The translations under genes and the position numbers were made by a program. This document shows, piece after piece, positions 1 to 11,600 of a DNA stretch of 26,919 bases (position 1 is the stretch's first letter; each line of letters opens with the position of its first letter). Under the pieces are notes generated by a model, which saw nothing but the letters and a program-made list of their open reading frames with translations, had not been told where the DNA came from and did no database searches. This DNA comes from Tubiluchus corallicola (taxonomy: Eukaryota; Animalia; Priapulida). The stretch lies in assembly GCA_030141605.1 (NCBI GenBank), contig JAQGDQ010001748.1, positions 1 to 26,919 on the forward strand. Reading direction: 5' to 3'.

Positions 1-1460
1 ACTTGTCTGGTTGGTCATGGTGGCTTGTTATTTTTGATTGACCATTGGGCACTTCTTAATTGTTATTGCCGTTTAAACTGCGTCAAATATTTAACTATTT
101 ATGGTTTTAATTTCACGATTATTTCTTAATGTTTTAAACTTTGGAACCAAGTTATACCAAATAGAAGCAAATGTGAAAAAAATCTAAGCTGACTGGTATT
201 TAAAATTGGGACTTTGAATGATGTCAATGTCCAGTGCCATGACCACTGGACTACACAGCTTGTTGTGGTCATAGCCAGGTTTTACCTGAATCTTTATAGA
301 CCAATTGAATTTTTTTAAGTTGTAGTTTTACTGTACGCTGGAATAGTTGTGACCAAATTACCTTGATTTTTATGATGACCCTCATATCCTCAAAATGAAT
401 GTACAAATCGTTATTTTTATCAATTATACTATTATGCTATTATTTATGTTTATTTGTGAGTGCATATATTTGTGTATATATGCAAATAAAGATAGTACGT
501 ACGTACATATATGTGTGTGTATGTGCTGCGTGCATGCGTGTGTGTGTATTGTTGCCACAAGTATGTTAAACTCACTATTTACTCTCATTCTATTAATTTC
601 CATGTGTTCAAGCATCGTGCATTTTTAGTTACTCACTATTTACTCTCATTCTATTAATTTCCATGTGTTTAAGCATTGTGTATTTTTAGTTACTTGCTAT
701 TTGCTCTCAATCTATTAATTTCCATGTGTTTAAGCATCGTGTATTTTTAGTTACTTGCTATTTACTCTCAATCTATTAATTTCCATGTGTTTAAGCATCG
801 TGTATTTTTAGTTACTCACTATTTGCTCTCAATCCATTAATTTCCATGTGTTTAAGCATCGTGTATTTTAGTTACTCACTATTTACTCTCATTCTATTAA
901 TTTCCATGTGTTTAAGTATCGTGTATTTTAGTTACTCACTATTTACTCTCATTCTATTAATTTCCATGTGTTTAAGCATCGTGTATTTTAGTTACTCACT
1001 ATTTACTCTCATTCTATTAATTTCCATGTGTTTAAGCAGCTTAAGCATCGTGTATTTTTAGTTACTCACTATTTGCTCTCAATCTATTAATTTCCATGTG
1101 TTTAAGCATCGTGTATTTTTAGTTACTTGCTATTTACTCTCAATCTATTAATTTCCATGTGTTTAAGCATCGTGTATTTTTAGTTACTTGCTATTTGCTC
1201 TCAATCTATTAATTTCCATGTGTTTAAGCATCGTGTATTTTTAGTTACTTGCTATTTGCTCTCAATCTATTAATTTCCATGTGTTTAAGCATCGTGTATT
1301 TTTAGTTACTCACTATTTGCTCTCAATCTATTAATTTCCATGTGTTTAATCATCGTGTATTTTTAGTTACTCACTATTTACTCTCATTCTATTAATTTCC
1401 ATGTGTTTAGACATCGTGTATTTTTAGTTACTTACTATTTACTCATTCTATTAATCTCCA
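1..1460 (+). repeat. Left arm of a large inverted duplication (reverse complement of about 3765-5230); runs off the window edge
   Basis: acttgtctggttggtcatgg (1-20) is the reverse complement of 5211-5230; colinear through unique DNA and the 61-bp array; identical ORFs at 846-1061(+) and 4167-4382(-). Confidence 0.97.
570..1460 (+). repeat. 60/61-bp minisatellite, about 14-15 units (inverted copy of 3736-4658)
   Basis: Unit ttactcactatttactctcattctattaatttccatgtgtttaagcatcgtgtatttttag. Confidence 0.97.
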
Positions 1461-1960
1461 TACAGCATAAAGTACAGCGTCTATCCATAGGTCTCCATAC
1501 AGCATAAAGTACAGCGTCTATCCATAGGTCTCCATACAGCATAAAGTACAGCGTTCATCCATAGGTCTCCATACAGCACAAAGTACAGCGTCTATCCATA
1601 GGTCTTCATACAGCATAAAGTACAGCGTCTATCCATAGGTCTTCATACAGCAAAAGTACAGCGTCTATCCATAGGTCTTCATACAGCATAAAGTACAGCG
1701 TCTATCCATAGGTCTCCATACAGCATAAAGTACAGCGTCTATCCATAGGTCTCCATACAGCATAAAGTACAGCGTCTATCCATAGGTCTCCATGCAGCAT
1801 AAAGTACAGCGTCTATCCATAGGTCTTCATACAGCATAAAGTACAGCGTCTATCCATAGGTCTCCATACAGCATAAAGTACAGCATCTATCCATAGGTCT
1901 GCATACAGCATAAAGTACAGCGTTCATCCATAGGTCTCCATACAGCATAAAGTACAGCAT
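1456..1960. repeat. 37-bp minisatellite, about 13-14 units
   Basis: Unit ctccatacagcataaagtacagcgtctatccataggt. Confidence 0.97.
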
Positions 1961-2509
1961 CTTGTCTTGTTGCCTTTCACGGCTCTGGTAGTTTTGATAG
2001 ACTAGGGTATGATCGAAGAGTTCACGAAAATGACTGGTGTCATGGACTCATTTATTCAAGAACAATGTTGGGTCCTTTAATTTTGATTTCTAAGGACAAA
2101 AAGTGACACAAATTTGAAAGATGATGATAATATTTAGAAAAGTTAGAAAAAAATGTTAAAACAAACATTTACAGTCACTTGCGATAATTTTTAAGTCTAG
2201 CAAATCTGCACTTCTTTACAAGGTGTATATTTCTCTATCTTAGTATTCAACGTTTATCATTGCTATATGAGAATCAAAACATAGCATTTGTTCAGTAATC
2301 TGCAGTGGCAAATATCATCTATCATATCAACAATTTTTCTACTAATAAAAATTGCCATTTCCATTTTAACGAGGCGAATTATCAAATTCAAAGCGTGTTT
2401 CGTAGTCACTGCGAAAGACCTCCATGAATACTGAAGTTGTACAAGTCTTTTTGGTAATGCTATGCAACAAAAAAAACATCCGTTTAATGAACTACAGAAC
2501 AACACTTAC

Positions 2510-2606
2510 CCAGTATAACATCAGGACCGAAACAAACTGTGTAAGGCTGTAGCAAGCCATGTATTTAAACATGCCAAATGAGGTAACAAGGGCTGCCCTT
2601 CCTTCT
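2510..2606 (-). CDS. ATP13A3: P5B ATPase exon (TM5): [32 protein letters not shown]
   Basis: ttcacag acceptor, gtaagt donor, 97 nt; [14 protein letters not shown] motif. Confidence 0.96.
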
Positions 2607-5600
2607 CTGTGAAAGAAACGGAAAACGTAAAACTTCAACAAATTTCTGACGAGAAACTGAACTCACGTTAACGTTACATGCACTTGCTCAAAAGCGTGGC
2701 TAGTTTTTGTGTCTAACAGAGCATGACCAGTTCCAGACTGCTCTATGATATGCCTCTAGAACTTGAAAAATGAAATAGTAAGTGACCGGCGAGAAATAAC
2801 TGAGTTGTCACGGTGTGTGCTTAGTGACCGAGTCGACTCCAGTTTGCAGCATGCCAAACTGCTTATAATGAAAATAAAAAGGAGAGGGAAATAACCTTAG
2901 GTACATTTCAAAACTCAAATTGTGCTCAAAACAGGATCTTCCACATTCAAAACAGAATCTTAATCTTCTATGTTCACTTCATGCTTGAAAATTAGTAAAC
3001 CTTTCCACAAGCATTGGCAATGGCAGCTGGCAGTTAAAATTACTGGGGGCGTTGCTTCGCAAAATTTTTAGCCATTGTTTTAATGCTGTGTAAAACAAAA
3101 CAAACGTGTGCAATTTTAATGTTGTAATTGTAACTTTAAACAAACAAACATACGAAAATTTATGCAAAAACTGGATAAAATCCTAAACAAAAAATATATT
3201 TTTTGCTTACTAATAGCCCAAAATTATCGCTGTTCAAGCTTGATGCATTCACGGTAAGCACGTGGCAACTGACAACAAACTGTGTGAGCGACAGTACTTT
3301 TTCTACATGGGCTCAAACATGTGCGCAGGGCCGGTTGCGCACAACAGCTAAACACTGTGCTGCTTTAACGCACTGTGCTCAGGTTCCGTACCAGTATAAA
3401 GAAAGAACTAAAGAAAAAAGACTTACTACATTGAATATTATCGATAATATCGAGTGAAAATAGGTGGTGCTGCAGTTCCACTGTACCTATACACGAACCT
3501 CCACTGGACATTAGTCCCAATCACATAGTATTAAAAAAATAACTCTGAGCAATGACCATAGAGACATTGTCTCATTAACAACTGACCTGATGACCGTTGG
3601 AACACATTTGATGTTTTGTTCTAGAGAGGTAAACGGACTCGCAACAGAAGCCTCAGCCTCCGACAACGAGATGCCGGCGTGCGCCATTTTCAGAGCACCG
3701 CAGTCGTTGGCGCCATCTCCACACATGGCAACGTTGTAACTAAAAATACACGATACTTAAACACATGGAAATTAATAGAATGAGAGTAAATAGTAAGTAA
3801 CTAAAAATACACGATGCTTAAACACATGGAAATTAATAGAATGAGAGTAAATAGTGAGTAACTAAAAATACACGATGCTTAAACACATGGAAATTAATAG
3901 ATTGAGAGCAAATAGTGAGTAACTAAAAATACACGATGCTTAAACACATGGAAATTAATAGAATGAGAGTAAATAGTGAGTAACTAAAAATACACGATGC
4001 TTAAACACATGGAAATTAATAGATTGAGAGCAAATAGTGAGTAACTAAAAATACACGATGCTTAAACACATGGAAATTAATAGATTGAGAGTAAATAGCA
4101 AGTAACTAAAAATACACGACGCTTAAACACATGGAAATTAATGGATTGAGAGCAAATAGTGAGTAACTAAAAATACACGATGCTTAAGCTGCTTAAACAC
4201 ATGGAAATTAATAGAATGAGAGTAAATAGTGAGTAACTAAAATACACGATGCTTAAACACATGGAAATTAATAGAATGAGAGTAAATAGTGAGTAACTAA
4301 AATACACGATACTTAAACACATGGAAATTAATAGAATGAGAGTAAATAGTGAGTAACTAAAATACACGATGCTTAAACACATGGAAATTAATAGATTGAG
4401 AGCAAATAGTGAGTAACTAAAAATACACGATGCTTAAACACATGGAAATTAATAGATTGAGAGTAAATAGCAAGTAACTAAAAATACACGATGCTTAAAC
4501 ACATGGAAATTAATAGATTGAGAGCAAATAGTGAGTAACTAAAAATACACGATGCTTAAACACATGGAAATTAATATATTGATTGTAAATAGCGAGTAAC
4601 TAAAAATGCACGATGCTTAAACACATGGAAATTAATAGAATGAGAGTAAATAGTGAGTTTAACATACTTGTGGCAACAATACACACACACACGCATGCAC
4701 GCAGCACATACACACACATATATGTACGTACGTACTATCTTTATTTGCATATGTACACAAATATATGCACTCACAAATAAACATAAATAATAGCATAATA
4801 GTATAATTGATAATAATAACAATTTGTACATTCATTTTGAGAATATGAGGGTCATCATAAAAATCAAGGTAATTTGGTCACAACTATTCCAGCATACAGT
4901 AAAACTACAACTTAAAAAAAATTCAATTGGTCTATAAAGATTCAGGTAAAACCTGGCTATGACCACAACAAGCTGTGTAGTCCAGTGGTCATGGCACTGG
5001 ACATTGACATCATTCAAAGTCCCAATTTTAAATACCAGTCAGCTTAGATTTTTTTCACATTTGCTTCTATTTGGTATAACTTGGTTCCAAAGTTTCAAAC
5101 ATTAAGAAATAATCGTGAAATTAAAACCATAAATAGTTAAATATTTGACGCAGTTTAAACGGCAATAACAATTAAGAAGTGCCCAATGGTCAATCAAAAA
5201 TAACAAGCCACCATGACCAACCAGACAAGTTTTTAAAGCTTCTTTAAACTACAGGAAGTATTTTATGACTGTCAATGATTATAAATATTTTACGAAATAT
5301 TTTGAAATGTGCATGATAGACAACTGCCACTACAATGAAGTAATAGTATATATATATATATATATAGGGAAAAGTTACATAAATCCCTGGTAAATCATTA
5401 TTCTCAATCATAAGTGTTTGTAGTGACATCTGGTAGACATTTTAACAAACTTTGCACAGACTTTTAGCAATGTTATCAGGGATGAGAATGACAAATTGCA
5501 AAAAACTCTGAAACAGGCCGGGGGTTTGGGGGCCACCTAGGTCCCCAATGGGGTTCAAGGGAGCCCCCTTGGAGCCAGCAACAAATTGCAATTTTGTGAC

Positions 5601-8600
5601 CATCGAGAGCCTCTAAGTGGACTTAAAATATCAATTACCTTGTTTCATGTATAATTTAAAATACCCAACTATCAAGGATACATGATACATAATTATCTCA
5701 AAAATGCCTAAGTACTGGCCGCTCCTATGCAAAAGTATGTAAAAATTGTCTGCAATTGACTCAAATAACTCTGCACAATTGATTCTATATTTTTATACAT
5801 AGAGATATACACGTGGTTACACTGATGTACGTGATGCAAACAAAGTGACGGCCCGCCAACTAGCGGTCAGTTTGTGAAATAATGTACTGGGTCCGTAAAA
5901 ATTTTCTCAACGAATTTACGCGATTTACAAAAATGGCACTACTGGTCTTTCAAAAACTCAGAATTCCGCGTATGCGCGGAAAATTCCCATCCCTGAATGT
6001 AATTTTACAATTCCTGTACATTCTCTAAATTTATTACACCAACAGCAGTTTTCACACTACTAGTATTGAATTCATTGAAAGGTAAACAACAAAAACCACT
6101 TTTAGATACTTTTTTAGATTAAAAATCTCACCCGAGGTCTTGAATGTGTTCAATAAGTTGTCCTTTTTGTTCCGGACTCATTCTAGCATAAACCGTGCCT
6201 CGTAGAACCACCTAAATGATTAAAAAAAACCTCAGAAAAACTCGAAGAAGCAATTTAACCTTTGGGTAACCAGACATTCGTTTCTTATGAAATACTACTT
6301 AAATATTCGTACCGGTTCAGTTATATAAACATTACAATGAGTAGTGACATCAGAGAATTCGCAAATTCTTAGTTTACTGTTAATATCTGAACTATAACAA
6401 CATTTTGAATACTGTTGCAATTATATTTCTCCATCCTAAAAGTGATTACAGAACAATATCTTATAATAAGCAGAAAGATAGATAGTTTATTGACATATGG
6501 CCAACAGGGCTGATCAAAACAATACTAAACATTTCATACAATAGATAGATAGTTTATTGACATATGGCCAACAGGGCCTATCAAAACAATAATAAACATT
6601 TCATACAATAGATAGATAGTTTATTGACATATGACCAACAGGGTTGATCAAAACAATACTAAACATTTCATACAATAGATAGATAGTTTATTGACATATG
6701 GCCAACAGGGCCTATCAAAACAAAAATAAACATTTCATACAATAGATAGATAGTTTATTGACATATGGCCAACAGGGCCGATCAAAACAAAAATAAACAT
6801 TTCATACAATAGATAGATAGTTTATTGACATATGGCCAACAGGGCTGATCAAAAGAATAAACATTTCATACAATAGGTAGATAGTTTATTGACATATGGC
6901 CAACAGGGCTGATCAAAACAAAAATAAACACTTCATACAATAGATAGATAGTTTATTGACATATGGCCAACAGGGCTGAACAAAACAAAAATAAACATTT
7001 CATACAATAGGTAGATAGTTTATTGACATATGGCCAACAGGGCTGATCAAAACAAAAATAAACACTTCATACAATAGATAGATAGTTTATTGACATATGG
7101 CCAACAGGGCTGAACAAAACAAAAATAAACATTTCATACAATAGGTAGATAGTTTATTGACATATGGCCAACAGGGCTGATCAAAACAAAAATAAACACT
7201 TCATACAATAGGTAGATAGTTTATTGACATATGGCCAACAGGGCTGATCAAAACAAAAATAAACACTTCATACAATAGGTAGATAGTTTATTGACATATG
7301 GCCAACAGGGCTGATCAAAACAATACTAAACATTTCATACAATAGATAGATAGTTTATTGACATATGGCCAACAGGGCCTATCAAAACAAAAATAAACAT
7401 TTCATACAATAGATAGATAGTTTATTGACATATGGCCAACAGGGCTGAACAAAACAAAAATAAACATTTCATATAATAGATAGATAGTTTATTGACATAT
7501 GGCCAACAGGGCCAATCAAAACAAAAATAAACATTTCATACAATAGATAGATAGTTTATTGACATATGGCCAACAGGGCTGATCAAAAGAATAAACATTT
7601 CATACAATAGATTACATGCAAGTTCGTGTAAATTTTGCCAGTACACATTGTATTACAGTATTCTGTGGCTGCATTAAACAAAACAAGTTTCCATTTTCAG
7701 TTGAAACTTTAAAAACAGGAACATATTGAGATACTGTGTTCAACATAAAGTTACGCGCAACGCTATATCTTGAGCAGTACAATAAAAACGACATTCATCT
7801 TGAACAACATCTTGAACAACTACAAAAACTTGATTTCCATGTGGAAAAGGTGGTCTTAAATATCTACCAGTTTTTTATAAGCCAAACAACAAGCACTGGC
7901 TCTAAATTTTGTCAAGGCCTTTCTATCTTCAATATTCCTAACATTTTCTAAATACGTCCAATAGTTAAACGACCTACAAAAAATACAGAAGCTATACGTA
8001 CCCGGGGTAATACGTCCGGGTGATCAACCCGCAGGTACTCAAACGTGCTGCCGGTCAAAGCAAAATGAAACTTTGTTGACTTGGTAAAATCATGTTTTGT
8101 ATCACAGCTATCAGTAATAGTATCATGTAACTCACCATCCTACAAAAAATAAAACGCACATTGATCGACCCGCTTAATAACAAAATGCAGAAAGTTATAC
8201 ATTACATACTTTAATACGTTAATCTATTTGCTAAGATTATTTTATGATTTTGACACTATTTTTACATGCTTAATAACAAAATGCAGGAAGTTATACATTA
8301 TACATACTTTAATACGTTAATCTATTTGCTAAGAGTATTTGACATCTTGACATGATTTTGCTTAAACTAGGCAGCACAAGTAATTTCAAAGCAATATAGC
8401 ACCACAACAAACCTTATTTTCTCACAAAAATCATTTTACATTAAAAGCTAAACACGTTACATAAATTCTGAATGTATATGAAAGTTATAAATGCCTCGGT
8501 TTAGCCCAATCTGTTTCTGACCACGACTAGCTTCAAAAAAACAACTCATTAACAAGTTATAGTTACTATCGAGAAATTGACAAATTGTAAACTCAAATTA

Positions 8601-11600
8601 TCAATCAATTTAGGAAATTCTAAGTTAGAAATATTCTACTTTTCTGAAATGTGTTCCAGCTTTCCAGCTGAGTTTGCATGAAACAAGCTTGTCACCATGG
8701 CAACATGATCAAGTCGTGACAGATAAACGACACAGACAAATAATACTTACTGCAGACATCTGTAAAGAGTTAATCTCAATATTAGGATTCTCGGCATAGG
8801 AGTATGTGACGTCTTCGGACGTGGCCTTCACTAAAATCACCTGTTCGGACTTTTTGACCATCTGGCAATCGCGGGCCACGCTGAGAGCTGTCAGCATGTT
8901 ATCACCTGTTGGAAATAAAAAGTTTCTTACCAAAAATGTAAAGTTTGAACAGTGGCACTAGAGACAAAAATCACAAATGCCTGTAACACAGATATACGAG
9001 CTTGAAAATAGACAAGGTGAATTACCATGAGTAGTTATGATGTCTGTTGAATAGCTAAAGTTAAGCAATATCAAGTCTTGCATCAGTAAACGGATGCAAG
9101 ACTACCGAGTTTGATACTCATTTAAAATTGGTGATTTCATCTGCTATTCTGTCTCTGGGAATTTACCTCGTTGTCTACACATCCAAATGTCGACAAGACA
9201 CCTCTACCTGGACGGTCTCTCATCTCAGAAGATTACATTTGATAATGAGATAAGTGCTGGTCCTACCACAAGCATCTTAAATTGAGTAGATTCTGCCATT
9301 GAATGATGAATTCCAGCCGGCAGAGTTTCAAGATATAAAAAGATCGTATAATGCTTGAGCATGTCAAGTATGAAAGTTAACCAATGCTGTGCCCGATCAG
9401 CTAAATGGATAGGTGACCAGGGTTACGTTAAAGATTTTAGTGGAAAGACCATCACCTGTTATCATCACAGTTCTTATGCTGACGTCTTGAAGTATTTTAA
9501 TCACCGGGGTCGTTTCTTTTTTCAGTCTGTTCTCCATGACGAGTAATCCGAGAAACGTTAGACTGTGTTCTAGTTGATCCCTACAAAAACAAACAGAGAG
9601 AAAGAAAGTGCTTAAAATAACATTCCATCAGTCAAGTACAGTGTTGCAGTCTCTGTACAGTTTAGAAGTAACTCTGCAAACAGAGAGTAACTGTATTTAA
9701 TGAATTTATTCTGATCACTCTGTGTACAGCATGTAAACTTCAATAATTGTTTATTACCCGAATAAAAGATTTGTAATTATAATCTGCGTAGTTGGACAGA
9801 AAATTGATTATCAATTATTACAAAGTTAATCAGTAAATTTACAATCGAGGTTATAAAAAATTAGTTAATGTACACACGCTGGTGTCTCTTAATATACGCA
9901 TGTCGTAATATACGTGTCTTAATATACGTGTCTTAATATACGTGTCTTAGTTTACATATGTCTTTATATACGTATGTCATATAATTTATACAGAAAATGG
10001 AGAAATTACGTGACACATTAAAACTGTTTAGCTAAAACTTTTCAGCTGCTTTGCGGCTTTTTAGTTTTCCTTTTTTGGTTTGTGCTTTTTTTTCTAGTTT
10101 TACATTATATCCTACAATTTAAGAAAGTAGGCAGCTTTGTGTCTTCTACGATTTGCTCTTTCATAGGCGTTTCCCCGGTTAATTGCCAACGAAATCATTT
10201 TTTGCCGAAAACAAACCCTTCCACGTTACAAGTCTGTTTGCGAAGTAGACTCACCTTACAATTCTCTGAGCTTTAACCCACTTTAGATCAGGAAGCGGTT
10301 TCCACGACAACGCAATCACGCGATAACCCTGCTGCGTGTAAATCCGAAGCGTGTTAGTGAAATCAGCGGGAACTGCAAAAAGTAATAAATTCACAGCTAA
10401 AACAATCAAGAAACAGATTAAAACAGATCAACCACAGTTTATTCTAGATAGCTAGTCCAGATTTTAGGTGTGATGCCTCTTTAGTATTACTATAAGTATA
10501 ATGCATAATTTAATCTCTTCTCACCCACTTAAATTTGAGTATATATATATATATATGTATATCATTGTATACACAAGTAAGCAATATGGTGCATTCTAAT
10601 ACAAGTAAGTGGTACATTGACAGATAACCACATAATTCATATTCATAACTATTTAAAAAAAATTTCACTCTTTAAGGCTCACTCAAAATCGTAATTACAT
10701 ATTATGTTCTCCTTTCTCAACTTTCAGGTTTATTGCTCTTATACCATTGCTATTATTATATCATTTACTTCATCCTTATTTACATTAAGTTATCTACAGC
10801 AGCATGCATAACTGTAATCATTTTTTCATTTAAGTAAGGTGAGTGTGTTAATGACCGTATGGTCGTACACTGACCTCGCACAACTCAAATCATTTTATTT
10901 AAAGTTTATTAATGTGTTTGATACTGTATTTTGATGTGTAAAAATAAATTCATAGTTCATAGTGCATGAAAACTAAACAGAATCTGCTCACTTGTTATCA
11001 AGAAAATTATCATTATTTTCACAGAAACTTGGTTCCAAAAAGGTCTAAGAACCTTAAATAATTACTTATGTTCACCACACAATACATCCCCTGTCCAATC
11101 ACTCTACAATGCAAAGCATTTCATGCAAACACATGGCAAAAGCAATGCTTCGCACAAAATCTAGAGCACTTTTCTAACTGGTACACACCAACTATCACCT
11201 GAGAAAATACGTACCAGTTTCTGGTCGACACAAGCTGGCTATCATCTCCGGCGCCCCCTTTGTGTACAGCTCAAAGCCAGTAGCTCCTAACGTGCGAGTG
11301 ATCACGCTCATGCGCTGCAGATTGGACGAAAACGTAAACTGTCGGACAATGCCGATCTCATACGATTGCTGAAAACCATACAAAATACAGAGACACGCAA
11401 AAATGTCACAGCAAAAAACCCGTTTGCTGTGATAACAAGGAGTATGTGATCATGAGATACGTGAATATTTCTGCCTTTAAAATGAATAAAATTTTAAAAC
11501 TGACAGTCATTTGATCTGTTAATAGTTATTTTGATTTAAGCCAATAACAATAGACTAAAATGGTGATAAAATGGCAAACTAGAAAATCTACATAGCATAA

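Noticed and set aside
1961-2060. Minus-strand RSYPSLSKLPEP as a possible post-TM6 exon
   Set aside because: Flanked by in-frame stops, no convincing splice sites, and the similarity is too weak.
846-4382. ORFs 846-1061(+) and 4167-4382(-) encoding a hydrophobic repeat peptide
   Set aside because: By-product of three consecutive 60-bp satellite units; no splice or homology support.
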